Virus record (IMG/VR): IMGVR_UViG_3300019487_000019
Coordinates: 1-35,923 of that record
Source of the DNA: a virus
Length of the DNA stretch: 35,923 nucleotides
Reading direction: 5' to 3' (one strand)
The translations under genes and the position numbers were made by a program. The notes under the pieces are model-generated. The model had not been told where the DNA came from. It was given only the letters and a program-made list of their open reading frames with translations, and did no database searches. Positions 7,401 through 15,904 of this stretch are shown here, piece by piece (the first letter of the stretch is position 1; every line of letters begins with the position of its first letter).

Positions 7401-7955
7401 ATGAAACGATTTGAAGCAAAACGGTTGGCCAAACTCGCCAAGTACATGAAGACTATCAAGGACAATCGGTTCTATATTGGTGCATGGCTTGATGGTCAGA
7501 AACCGATCAAGCGCGATGTGATTGAAGCCGCTGGTCTTGCAGAGAAGAACAGCCTGGTCACACCTGAGAAGATCAATGAATGCGGCACAACTGCATGCCT
7601 TCTTGGCCATGCAGCAACTATGCCTGAATTCCGCAGGCGAGGTCTTAGGATGACGGTGCTTAATCTGTATGATGATTTCGACATTCATGGAAGAGCAAAT
7701 GGACGGGCTAATATCGGGACTAATCTTTGCCTCTACGATGAACACACGGGTCAACGGATTACAGACGACCCGTTTAAGGCTGGAGCAAAGTTCTTTGGTT
7801 TGAGCAGGACAGAGGTTTTGCGTCTATTTGATGGTCATTACTATGATGAGGTCGGTATTCGTGGGTATTCGAACGTCAAGCCGCACCACACTGTCAAGAT
7901 GATCAAACGTATTCTCAAGCAGAATGGTTATCACGACCTTGCTAAGGAGATTTAA
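7401..7955 (+). CDS. Phage hypothetical protein (CGTTACLLGHA motif)
   Basis: 184-aa ORF; first gene of the lower-GC region. Confidence 0.8.
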   Translation: MKRFEAKRLAKLAKYMKTIKDNRFYIGAWLDGQKPIKRDVIEAAGLAEKNSLVTPEKINECGTTACLLGHAATMPEFRRRGLRMTVLNLYDDFDIHGRANGRANIGTNLCLYDEHTGQRITDDPFKAGAKFFGLSRTEVLRLFDGHYYDEVGIRGYSNVKPHHTVKMIKRILKQNGYHDLAKEI

Positions 7956-7956
7956 T

Positions 7957-8085
7957 GTGAAACAAGCTATCGCTATGATTATTGTTGTATTTCTTGCAGG
8001 TTGCAACACTATGTCCGGGCTTGGTAAGGACATTGAAACTCTTGGAAACAAGCTGAACCGGAAAGCAGAAGAGGTCAAGAAATGA
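7957..8085 (+). CDS. Entericidin A/B family lipoprotein (42 aa)
   Basis: AAGGAG RBS, GTG start; MKQAIAMIIVVFLAGC-NTMSGLGKDIETLG...: lipobox LAGC plus the CNT..G.G.DI entericidin signature. Not in the ORF track. Confidence 0.8.
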   Translation: MKQAIAMIIVVFLAGCNTMSGLGKDIETLGNKLNRKAEEVKK

Positions 8086-8282
8086 CTGATCTTTCAAACG
8101 ACGAGCAAGTATTGTTTGAGCTGTACAAGACAGCGCTTGCAGGATTAATGTCTAATGCTAGCCATGCAGGAAATATGGACGGATGGTTTGTGGAACGGGC
8201 ACGGACATTAGCTCAGATGTCATTTCGCATTTTGACTGGCAGGAGCTTTGTCCCAAGTCGGTACTTTCGTAACGTTGAATAG
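8082..8282 (+). CDS. Phage hypothetical protein
   Basis: ATGA overlap; ORF track. Confidence 0.65.
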   Translation: MTDLSNDEQVLFELYKTALAGLMSNASHAGNMDGWFVERARTLAQMSFRILTGRSFVPSRYFRNVE

Positions 8283-8295
8283 GGGAGAGTTTGAA

Positions 8296-8538
8296 ATGCT
8301 TGAAATTCTTGTGGTTTTTGCGTTGTCGAATCCTTCGATTGATCCTTGGGATGTTCCGTATCACAAACAGAAGCCGGACTTTCGGGTTGTTGCGATTGGG
8401 CAGAAGTTTCGTGCGGTTGACAGTCTCGAATGTCAGAAGTATGCGCTTGAATACAAGCCTGGGCTTCGTGTGAAAGCCCAAGACGGTGTTGTTGCTGGCG
8501 CTTGGTGCATTGTGGCGCTTCCTGAGAAGAAAAAGTAA
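8296..8538 (+). CDS. Phage hypothetical protein
   Basis: GGGGAG RBS before ATG 8296. Confidence 0.65.
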   Translation: MLEILVVFALSNPSIDPWDVPYHKQKPDFRVVAIGQKFRAVDSLECQKYALEYKPGLRVKAQDGVVAGAWCIVALPEKKK

Positions 8539-8547
8539 TCGGGTGAA

Positions 8548-8901
8548 TTGGGTACCTATAGGGTCAAAACTGCGGAAAAACTTTTACGAAGGGGAGTGTG
8601 TGAGTACGATAAACTGATCGAAAGCTTCAAACAAGGATTTCTTGGGATCGAGCCTCTCGCTGAGAGAGCTGAGCAGCCAGACCAGCAAGATCCAATCGTC
8701 TGGGCTCAACATGCCAATGTTGACGAGTCGAACATTTGGCTTGGATTTGATCCAGAGACTGATGAGCTGCTCGCGATCATTGAGGAGAGCCACCTCGCCA
8801 ACACAGTCGTATATCAGCTCCAGGTGAACAATGAGTATATTGCGGCATATCGAACCGTCGAGGCAGCTATGACACGAGCAGTGAACGAACTGTTCGACTA
8901 A
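8548..8901 (+). CDS. Phage hypothetical protein (start uncertain)
   Basis: ORF track. Confidence 0.6.
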   Translation: MGTYRVKTAEKLLRRGVCEYDKLIESFKQGFLGIEPLAERAEQPDQQDPIVWAQHANVDESNIWLGFDPETDELLAIIEESHLANTVVYQLQVNNEYIAAYRTVEAAMTRAVNELFD

Positions 8902-8912
8902 AGGAATCTCAC

Positions 8913-9299
8913 ATGAAAACCGAAGACGAAATTGTTGATCAGGTGTTGTCGATCCTTACCAAATCTGTTTATACGAACGGAGTCGGTGCAACGATTGTCA
9001 ACCCGGAAGCGGAGATTGACGACATCAATTTTGCTCTGCACGTACAGCAAGCTTTGATTGATGTGTGTGGCCGAGGGGTTAATGTTGTGATTCATCCTGG
9101 AAAAGGCACGTTGCAGATTCGTGTTGAGAACGGTGATGTCATTCGGGAATACTATGTTGATTCATTCAAAGACTTCGACGAACACGTTCGCAACATTCAT
9201 CAACCGCTTGAGCAAGCGAATCCAAACTCGAAGAATCCGCACTACTTGTTTGGTGTCGCCGTTGAGCAAGCACTGAATCGGTTTTACTTAAAAGTATGA
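8913..9299 (+). CDS. Phage hypothetical protein
   Basis: AAGGA RBS; ORF track. Confidence 0.75.
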   Translation: MKTEDEIVDQVLSILTKSVYTNGVGATIVNPEAEIDDINFALHVQQALIDVCGRGVNVVIHPGKGTLQIRVENGDVIREYYVDSFKDFDEHVRNIHQPLEQANPNSKNPHYLFGVAVEQALNRFYLKV

Positions 9300-9472
9300 C
9301 CAAGCCGACCGTGCTCTGGGCAAGGTTCTTTAAGATCTTCAACGCCACTCAGTGGCTGACTGAGCTGCCGAACGGTGTCGTATTCTTCCGGAACTCATAC
9401 ATCGACCATCGTACGGTGGTTGCTCTTGCACATCAGCTCGCCGCTCTGGCACCTGGGTGGGTAAGCTTATGA
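9296..9472 (+). CDS. ATQWL-motif microprotein paralog 1 (58 aa)
   Basis: MTKPTVLWARFFKIFNATQWLTELPNGVVFF...LAPGWVSL*; ATGA overlaps at both ends. Confidence 0.75.
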   Translation: MTKPTVLWARFFKIFNATQWLTELPNGVVFFRNSYIDHRTVVALAHQLAALAPGWVSL

Positions 9473-9636
9473 TCTTGTGGCCCAACAGGTACTTCCAGAT
9501 CTTCTCTGCCACCCAGTGGCTGGTGCAACAGCCGAACGGCGTCATAGTCGTTCGTATGCGCAAGGAGAGGCCCCTCAGTCCCAACATCTGGCAGCTGATG
9601 CAGGCGGAGCTCGACAGGTTGCATCCAGGATGGTAG
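9469..9636 (+). CDS. ATQWL-motif microprotein paralog 2 (55 aa)
   Basis: MILWPNRYFQIFSATQWLVQQPNGVIVV...LDRLHPGW*. Confidence 0.75.
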   Translation: MILWPNRYFQIFSATQWLVQQPNGVIVVRMRKERPLSPNIWQLMQAELDRLHPGW

Positions 9637-9833
9637 GCAGTGACTATAGGTACTTCCAAATCTTCTCGGCCACCCAATGGCTGGCACAGCAATCGAATGG
9701 AGTGATTGTCATGTGCCATGCACCTACAGGTGCACCGGGCGATATGCACCGGCGCCTACTCAAGCCGTTGCTCGAGAAGAAGTACCCCGCGTGGGCTTCT
9801 TCGGGAACAATATGGTATCCTACTAACCTATGA
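9630..9833 (+). CDS. ATQWL-motif microprotein paralog 3 (67 aa)
   Basis: MVGSDYRYFQIFSATQWLAQQSNGVIVM...LEKKYPAW...; 3' part of ORF 9477..9833. Confidence 0.75.
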   Translation: MVGSDYRYFQIFSATQWLAQQSNGVIVMCHAPTGAPGDMHRRLLKPLLEKKYPAWASSGTIWYPTNL

Positions 9834-9985
9834 AGAAAGTAATCATACTAATTGCACTGGGGTTTGGCCTTGGTGTGTTTGGCTCCTCGCTTGCAAAAGC
9901 GTGGGTGATCATGCCGTTATCGGGCTTGTTGCTTGCTGGTGTGATTATGATTGTCGCATTCTGGCTAATTTGGAAATTGCTGTAG
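9830..9985 (+). CDS. 51-aa two-TM membrane protein
   Basis: MKKVIILIALGFGLGVFG...IVAFWLIWKLL*; ATGA overlap. Confidence 0.65.
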   Translation: MKKVIILIALGFGLGVFGSSLAKAWVIMPLSGLLLAGVIMIVAFWLIWKLL

Positions 9986-10092
9986 TTGCACATACCCCGA
10001 AAAGCGATATACTGTTATAGTGGGGGAAGAAGAGATGAGAACCGTCCAAATCCATTTTTCGATCAGAACTGATACTGGCAAGGGGAGTACCA

Positions 10093-10308
10093 ATGAAACT
10101 AAGTGAGCGTTGTCGCGCAGGCCAACATCCACTGAGAACGATTTACTCGATTGGATCGAGCTACGAAACCGAAGATGTCGTTCGGTGGTGCCCTGATTGT
10201 GGTGCCGTCGTTGTCGACAAGGATGTTGATAGTCGAGTCAATCCTGGCTATCTCCGCAAGATGGAACTTCCCGCTCTTGCCAAAGAAGCAAAGAACGAAG
10301 ATGTTTAA
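10093..10308 (+). CDS. Small putative Zn-binding protein
   Basis: GGGGAG RBS; C..GQH and CPDCG motifs. Confidence 0.65.
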   Translation: MKLSERCRAGQHPLRTIYSIGSSYETEDVVRWCPDCGAVVVDKDVDSRVNPGYLRKMELPALAKEAKNEDV

Positions 10309-10501
10309 GTGCATCGATAAGTTCAACACTTGGGTCGACAACCTCGATGAGGTGTGGAACGCTCTTCTGATGATTGTTGTTGGTTGTGCAATTGGATTGC
10401 TTGTCACCTGGCCAGAAACCCGACATATTGGCTGGGTGATTATTGGAATACTTGCCGTCTTTGTCGTTCGCAAACATTGGCCCTGGAGGAAGAAATCATG
10501 A
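10301..10501 (+). CDS. Small membrane protein
   Basis: 3' part of ORF 10151..10501; two hydrophobic helices. Confidence 0.6.
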   Translation: MFKCIDKFNTWVDNLDEVWNALLMIVVGCAIGLLVTWPETRHIGWVIIGILAVFVVRKHWPWRKKS

Positions 10502-11136
10502 AAATACTTGCCATCATTGCTGCTATGTTTATCTCGTTTACGTGCTCTGCTCAGTGGCCCGAACAAAGCCCTGAATTGTTTCATGCTATCAACATTGATA
10601 GCTACTCTGGTGTCAAGCTTCGCCTTGATCAGGGCGACAATCCAAATGCTGCCGACAAAGATGGATATACAGTACTGATGTATGCTGCTCGTGATGGACA
10701 GCAAGAGATCGTCCGGCTACTACTCGACCGCGGCGCAAGCGTCAACGCGGAAAATAATTTCCAAGAAACAGCCCTGCTTCTTGCTGCGTTCTTTGGTCAT
10801 CTCGAAACTGTTCAGACGTTGCTCAATAATGGTGCTGTAATCAATCGCTCCGGAAAATGGAACCCTCTCCACTATGCAGCATGGGGTGGTTGGACAACGA
10901 TTGTTCAGTATCTACTTGACCGCGGCGCAGAAGTCAATGCTCTTGCTCCGAACCAAGCAACGCCACTGATGATGGCCACACACGAGCGCAAAGGTAATGT
11001 GATTAAACAACTTGTCGCTGCTGGTGCCAACGTCAACATCAAGAATGATGCCGATGCAACTGCCCTTTCGTGGGCAAAGAAAGCGGACTATCCAGAGATT
11101 GTTGATCTGTTGGTTCAATCAGGTGCAATGGAGTGA
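10498..11136 (+). CDS. Exported ankyrin-repeat protein
   Basis: GGAGG RBS; signal peptide MKILAIIAAMFISFTCSA; about five ankyrin repeats (GYTVLMYAA, ETALLLAA, WNPLHYAA, ATPLMMA, ATALSWA; LLDRGA.VNA). Confidence 0.9.
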   Translation: MKILAIIAAMFISFTCSAQWPEQSPELFHAINIDSYSGVKLRLDQGDNPNAADKDGYTVLMYAARDGQQEIVRLLLDRGASVNAENNFQETALLLAAFFGHLETVQTLLNNGAVINRSGKWNPLHYAAWGGWTTIVQYLLDRGAEVNALAPNQATPLMMATHERKGNVIKQLVAAGANVNIKNDADATALSWAKKADYPEIVDLLVQSGAME

Positions 11137-11321
11137 TCAGATACACCGTACTGTACTTGATCTGCCTAGCCACTTCGCTTGGATTAACCGTTATATTATT
11201 CACTGCGGAGGCAAAGGCTTGGATGCTATTCGCCGCTGTGTTTCTAGGTCTCTCGGGTACACACTTCTACATGCGGTCGACATTAATTCCCAAATCGTCG
11301 TTGACCCAAAGCGATTTGTAA
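11133..11321 (+). CDS. Small membrane protein
   Basis: GTGA overlap; two hydrophobic segments. Confidence 0.55.
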   Translation: MIRYTVLYLICLATSLGLTVILFTAEAKAWMLFAAVFLGLSGTHFYMRSTLIPKSSLTQSDL

Positions 11322-11347
11322 CGTATGGTGAAGTCATGGAGGGTGTT

Positions 11348-11455
11348 ATGTTTGATCCTAGAAAGATTGTTGACACGGTAATGACAGGATTCAAGTGGTT
11401 GATTGCTGGCGCGATCGTACTTGCACTTGCTCTACTTATTTCACTTGCTGTCTAA
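11348..11455 (+). CDS. 35-aa membrane microprotein
   Basis: GGAGG RBS; MFDPRKIVDTVMTGFKWLIAGAIVLALALLISLAV*. Confidence 0.55.
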   Translation: MFDPRKIVDTVMTGFKWLIAGAIVLALALLISLAV

Positions 11456-12231
11456 TGCTACCTCGCTCACGCTCAACGTATTGGGGCAATAGCCGTTTGG
11501 CAAAGTGGCTCCAAAACAAGGTAGGAGTTGTTAAGCCTGTCGCTCTCGAGCTACATCGATGGAAAGAGTGGAACAAGGCCTACGAAACAAATCATCCGTT
11601 TGTAGCTTGGCTAACGGAAGATGTTTTCGACATGCTACAAAATATTGTCATGTATCCCGCTGATGTTGTTCACGCCGCTCGATACTATATCAAGAATCGT
11701 TTTTTCGACAAGATCCACTACCTGCCGACCAGGCTCGAGCCTGGTCGGCACTACGATGTTGACACTCGTTTGCTGCACGGACTTTTCGAAACCTTGATTG
11801 ATTTTGTTGAGGTTGAAAAAGCGCACATGCACTTGTGGCTCGAAGAAAAACCACAACCTCTTCGCTATCGGTTTCCTCTGCTGCGCTGGACATCGATTCG
11901 TTCTCGAGAACTTGGGATGAAATATCTTGCTTGGGAAACTACCCTCGACAAACCCGACCTTGAACCTGAGCAGCGCTGTGATGGTCAAGCAGAAGTTGCC
12001 CGGGAAATCATTGCCCTGTATACCTGGTGGAAAGATGTCCGGCCGCTTCGCAAGGATCCATATGACTTGTCGGGCTGGAGTGAATATTGTGCCACTCATG
12101 AATTTGGTGAGCACGACGAAACTGCACTTCCAATCGTGATGCATTCGCGTGAGATTGAAAACCAGCAAGATGCAGAAGACGAAGCAATGATGATTCGCCT
12201 TCTCAAAATTCGCAAGAGTCTGTGGACATGA
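11455..12231 (+). CDS. Trp-rich phage hypothetical protein (258 aa)
   Basis: TAATG overlap start within ORF 11395..12231. Confidence 0.8.
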   Translation: MLPRSRSTYWGNSRLAKWLQNKVGVVKPVALELHRWKEWNKAYETNHPFVAWLTEDVFDMLQNIVMYPADVVHAARYYIKNRFFDKIHYLPTRLEPGRHYDVDTRLLHGLFETLIDFVEVEKAHMHLWLEEKPQPLRYRFPLLRWTSIRSRELGMKYLAWETTLDKPDLEPEQRCDGQAEVAREIIALYTWWKDVRPLRKDPYDLSGWSEYCATHEFGEHDETALPIVMHSREIENQQDAEDEAMMIRLLKIRKSLWT

Positions 12232-12236
12232 GACGC

Positions 12237-12244
12237 TATAAATA
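12237..12244 (+). promoter_or_regulatory. T4-type late promoter TATAAATA; related copies at 13446, 13702, 14763, 16344, 23672, 26673 (+) and 16871, 26638, 27749, 28289 (-)
   Basis: Exact or near-exact T4 gp55 consensus found repeatedly a short distance upstream of gene starts. Confidence 0.8.
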
Positions 12245-12267
12245 ACTCTAAACAAGGGGTTATTTGT

Positions 12268-13434
12268 ATGCGTTTGAACGAAGTCGAACACGTCGATAAA
12301 CAAACTATGGCCCGTGCCATTGACGAAGAACTCACCGAAGTTTCACGAAAGCTAAAATTCCTTCGGCGACGCCGACTGTATTTTGTCCGCGATGCAATGG
12401 TTCTTGCGGACCAAGCCAGCCAAGCAAAAGTTGAACTTGTTCGACACTCAATGAAACAAAGAACGTGGACAGCAACCGATCGAATGAAATATGTTCGCGA
12501 CAATGTTGTACGGATCAATCTTCCTTATATCCATACACGTACTGAAGGCCATCCCGAGGAGTCTCGAATCAGTTGGGGAGCGTATGATATTCCAACAAAT
12601 GATAAAGAAATGCTCGATACAGCGCAACATCTTCGTGATGAAGTTAACCGAACAGACATACGGATTGCCAAGTGGGAGAATGAACAGAGTCGACTGATGT
12701 CAATTCAACGGATCCACTTTAAGGAAGCAATCGACCTAACACCAACGAGAATGCGGCGCGCTCCACAAGACGAAATTGAAGATGCTCTCAGTTCGAAATT
12801 CAAACAGCTCGGTAAAAGCGGAGCGTACGGTAGTGCATATCGAATTCCTGGTCCTATCCAAACAGCACTGAAGGTCGGTCAGACCGACACGTCAGAGTTC
12901 CTTACCGATCCTCACGATGATGGATATCTTCAATGGATCAAACGCTCGTATGGAAAGCACAATCCATACTTACCACAAGTGTATAAGGCAAAAGTATTTC
13001 ACGCTCCTGACGACGATAGATTCACATATCAAGTCAGGATGGAAGAGTTGGTTCCTGGAAGCAAAATTTCTGAACATGAAGCATATGACTTGTTCAGTCG
13101 ATATTTCAACTATCACTTCACAGAAGACGACATGCTACATCTGCAGAAAGAGGCCTCTACAATGCACACGTCGATGAGACATGAATATTTGCGTTGGGTC
13201 GGACGAATCCTTCAGGAATTGACGCTTGGCCGCACGCCTAGAGGTGTTGAGATTACAGATCAAAATTTCCAAGAAGCTATTGGTATGTTGCGGCAAATGT
13301 ATAAGGAAGGCTATATCGCTGATCTCAAAGGAGATAATATTGCCTTTCGTCGAACACCGTATGGTTTGCAATTAGTTATCCTAGATCCTTTCAACGAACG
13401 CCGGCCATCCGGCCACAGGGCTGCTCAAGACTAA
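12268..13434 (+). CDS. Ser/Thr protein kinase-like protein (T7 gp0.7-like) with N-terminal helical extension
   Basis: Gly loop LGKSGAYGSAY, beta3 Lys ALKVG, NPYLPQVY, catalytic DLKGDNI, metal-binding VILDP. Confidence 0.75.
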   Translation: MRLNEVEHVDKQTMARAIDEELTEVSRKLKFLRRRRLYFVRDAMVLADQASQAKVELVRHSMKQRTWTATDRMKYVRDNVVRINLPYIHTRTEGHPEESRISWGAYDIPTNDKEMLDTAQHLRDEVNRTDIRIAKWENEQSRLMSIQRIHFKEAIDLTPTRMRRAPQDEIEDALSSKFKQLGKSGAYGSAYRIPGPIQTALKVGQTDTSEFLTDPHDDGYLQWIKRSYGKHNPYLPQVYKAKVFHAPDDDRFTYQVRMEELVPGSKISEHEAYDLFSRYFNYHFTEDDMLHLQKEASTMHTSMRHEYLRWVGRILQELTLGRTPRGVEITDQNFQEAIGMLRQMYKEGYIADLKGDNIAFRRTPYGLQLVILDPFNERRPSGHRAAQD

Positions 13435-13458
13435 CCCTATTTTACCATAAATAGGGGC

Positions 13459-13710
13459 ATGGTCTATGACGAGTACATCGTAACTGCACGGGACGTCGTA
13501 GCTGATCTTCGAGCAGAAGGCTACGTGGTAAACTATCGTATTCGTAAGACCAAAAAGGGAAAGCAGCGCGTAGTTCTCTACGTTCGGGGCGACGAAAAGC
13601 ACGACCTTAAACGGGCAGAACAAATGATCAAATACGGCCTACCCGACATGATTTCATCTATCCACCCAACGAAGTCATTTCACTGGGCGTTTACAGAACC
13701 AAATAAATAA
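13459..13710 (+). CDS. Late hypothetical protein
   Basis: CATAAATA 5 nt before the ATG. Confidence 0.7.
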   Translation: MVYDEYIVTARDVVADLRAEGYVVNYRIRKTKKGKQRVVLYVRGDEKHDLKRAEQMIKYGLPDMISSIHPTKSFHWAFTEPNK

Positions 13711-13736
13711 CTCGATCACCTTGTGGAGTTATTCCA

Positions 13737-14210
13737 TTGAAAATCTTAGAAGTCCTCGACGATAAAACCAAGCGTTCGCTCGAACACAGCTATCGTGAAT
13801 CACTTACAAATGAGGCGGACTCTTCACACACACTTCCTGACAATCCTAACCGCACGCCAAAACAAAAATGGCGACTTATCAGTCTTATCCAAAAAGCGGA
13901 AGAACAACTCATTACATTAAAACAAAGGATGGAAGATCTTCGAGAACGGCATTCTTTTATCACCAAGAGCTGGTATCATTACAACGATCGAGTAGAAGAT
14001 TTAGCTACCTTACATAAAATCACTGGGAAGCGTACACATCGAAAGAATCAGAAACGCTTGGAGAATATTCTACGGCACGTCGGTGGACAGAAAGTTCATC
14101 TCGACGATCAAATTGAACGCGTTCGTGAAGACATTCTTTACCTTGAACACAAAATCCTGTCTTACAAAGTAGAACTACACAGTGTTGTTGAACCTAGGAT
14201 TTACACGTAA
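13737..14210 (+). CDS. Late coiled-coil hypothetical protein
   Basis: AATAAATA, GGAG RBS, TTG start; MKILEV N-terminus. Confidence 0.75.
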   Translation: MKILEVLDDKTKRSLEHSYRESLTNEADSSHTLPDNPNRTPKQKWRLISLIQKAEEQLITLKQRMEDLRERHSFITKSWYHYNDRVEDLATLHKITGKRTHRKNQKRLENILRHVGGQKVHLDDQIERVREDILYLEHKILSYKVELHSVVEPRIYT

Positions 14211-14238
14211 GCTCCTAACAAACTATAGGAGATTCACT

Positions 14239-14460
14239 ATGAAACAACTAGCCCTTATTCTTGCTTTTGTACCCGTTGTTGCTTTTGCTGCGCGTCCCGG
14301 CGGCGAAGTTATTGAACCAGGTCGTACAACCGACAAAGCGGTTTGGTTGAAATGTGGCGAACGTAAGGTTTACACAAACGTTGTTGACAAAGACGGCAAC
14401 TACCCGAAAGGTTGTGTTGTTGTTCGCACTCACGAACCAAAGCTTGAAATCAAAAAATGA
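14239..14460 (+). CDS. Small secreted protein
   Basis: AGGAG RBS; signal peptide MKQLALILAFVPVVAFA. Confidence 0.7.
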   Translation: MKQLALILAFVPVVAFAARPGGEVIEPGRTTDKAVWLKCGERKVYTNVVDKDGNYPKGCVVVRTHEPKLEIKK

Positions 14461-14738
14461 ACGTTTACGGTCTCATGCAGCATATGAAGGAGCGGGAGCG
14501 CGGCGGAGAAATCTATCCTTCGTCTCTACTGCACAAGGATGCTTATCTAACTCGGGATCAAGCCTTTGCTGTTGCAACACAACTTGCTGAACGTGTCATT
14601 GCCGAGCTTGAACAACTTAATCGAGTTGGATTTTATCTGCTAACCGAGCATGATGGTGTGCACGTTGTCGACCCCAACGATTATAGTTTCGACTTCTTTG
14701 AAGTGAGAACGATTCACATCAATACAGACAAGGTTTAA
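14457..14738 (+). CDS. Phage hypothetical protein
   Basis: ATGA overlap. Confidence 0.7.
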   Translation: MNVYGLMQHMKERERGGEIYPSSLLHKDAYLTRDQAFAVATQLAERVIAELEQLNRVGFYLLTEHDGVHVVDPNDYSFDFFEVRTIHINTDKV

Positions 14739-14792
14739 ACGCTGTCTGTTTGTCCCATACTCCATAAATACCCGTGTTCACAGGAGAACATC

Positions 14793-15077
14793 ATGGGTAT
14801 CCTCAAGGAATTGCTAGAGATTGCGGAAAAAGAGGGTCAACCTCTTACAGAGGCGCGTCGTCCTAAGAAACAACAAGGTGCTAAGGTCAAAGGCATGAAA
14901 CCGCCTAAGCGTGCAAAGACGCCAGGTAAACCTCATGACAAACACAGCGACGGCACGAATAAACAGTTCAAAAAGGATCGCCCATACACGAAGGATCCAA
15001 AGTATCCGCAATATATTCCTGGCAATATGTGGTTCAATATGACAAAGTCAGGTTCTCGAGCTGGAGAACTCGAATAA
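14793..15077 (+). CDS. Late, highly basic protein (possible head-internal DNA-binding protein)
   Basis: CATAAATA plus AGGAG; MGILKELLE...LTEA followed by a K/P-rich body. Confidence 0.7.
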   Translation: MGILKELLEIAEKEGQPLTEARRPKKQQGAKVKGMKPPKRAKTPGKPHDKHSDGTNKQFKKDRPYTKDPKYPQYIPGNMWFNMTKSGSRAGELE

Positions 15078-15298
15078 TGCGATACGAACTTCTCCGCGAA
15101 ACGGAGATGCTTCTCGAAAAGAAACGTAAGAAGCATAAACGTCCGTCCGTTCTCAAATATGCTGCTCGCCGAAAGCATTCTCGTCAAGGACCATTCTATG
15201 GTGGTTGGGGCGGTGGCTGGGGCGCCTATTGGAATAATTCCGGTGGCGACGGCGGTGGTGATGGTGGTGGGGGCGACGGAGGTGGAGGCGGTGAGTGA
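15077..15298 (+). CDS. Late basic protein with Gly-rich tail
   Basis: TAATG overlap; MRYELLRE...LLEKKRKK...GGDGGGDGGGG. Confidence 0.7.
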   Translation: MRYELLRETEMLLEKKRKKHKRPSVLKYAARRKHSRQGPFYGGWGGGWGAYWNNSGGDGGGDGGGGDGGGGGE

Positions 15299-15711
15299 AA
15301 CTTTCCGACCTCGTTCTCTCACAACTGCATTCGTTGTTGCTTCGTATTGAACACGCCGTCCGGAACTTAGACGCTTCGCTAGTTCATAGCGAAGAGCTCT
15401 TCGCAAAAGATCCTGACAAGCGCTCTTTTCCCAGACGTCACGTTGAATACTTTTACACGAACAACGTTGGAAATATTTGGATGCATCCTATGAGTTCACA
15501 AGCCGAACTCGATCAAGCAAAGAACGCTGCTCGTAGATTGGGAAAAGCTATTACTCACCTTTTTAACTTCTCTCGAAAATACGACGTTGCGTTGCCGAGT
15601 ATAGCGTGGAGGCACTATACTATCGGGAAAGACCCAGAAGTCGATAAAGAGATTGACGAACTATTTGCCAACTACGGAGAGTCATATGGCATCGAAGCGC
15701 GAAAAAGTTAG
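15295..15711 (+). CDS. Phage hypothetical protein
   Basis: GGAGG RBS; GTGA overlap. Confidence 0.7.
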   Translation: MKLSDLVLSQLHSLLLRIEHAVRNLDASLVHSEELFAKDPDKRSFPRRHVEYFYTNNVGNIWMHPMSSQAELDQAKNAARRLGKAITHLFNFSRKYDVALPSIAWRHYTIGKDPEVDKEIDELFANYGESYGIEARKS

Positions 15712-15856
15712 AATGCAGAGCACAGAGTCGCATCACTACTTCACAACAACTAAGAACAAACGAACGACTCCCGACAAACTCGAATTCAAGCGATATGACC
15801 CTGTCGTTCGCAGACACGTTCTTTACAAAGAAGCGAAATTAGCCAAAGCTAGTTGA
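15686..15856 (+). CDS. rpmG: 50S ribosomal protein L33 (zinc-free type)
   Basis: [51 protein letters not shown] is a typical bL33; GGAG RBS; no CXXC. Confidence 0.92.
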   Translation: MASKREKVRMQSTESHHYFTTTKNKRTTPDKLEFKRYDPVVRRHVLYKEAKLAKAS

Positions 15857-15881
15857 CCCTCGTACACATATACTGTATGGT
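15853..15881 (+). promoter_or_regulatory. sigma70-like promoter
   Basis: TTGACC-17-TATGGT upstream of 15905. Confidence 0.5.
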
Positions 15882-15904
15882 GTGTGGATTATTAAGGAGT
15901 CAAT

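Noticed and set aside
9320-9713. Three ~65-bp DNA repeats as a CRISPR array or DGR template/variable repeats
   Set aside because: The repeats are degenerate at codon third positions and encode paralogous peptides. Spacers exceed 90 nt, mismatches are not adenine-specific, and no cas or reverse transcriptase gene is present.
10722-10937. Repeated GACCGCGGCGCA..GTCAA DNA
   Set aside because: Explained by ankyrin repeats (LLDRGA.VNA).
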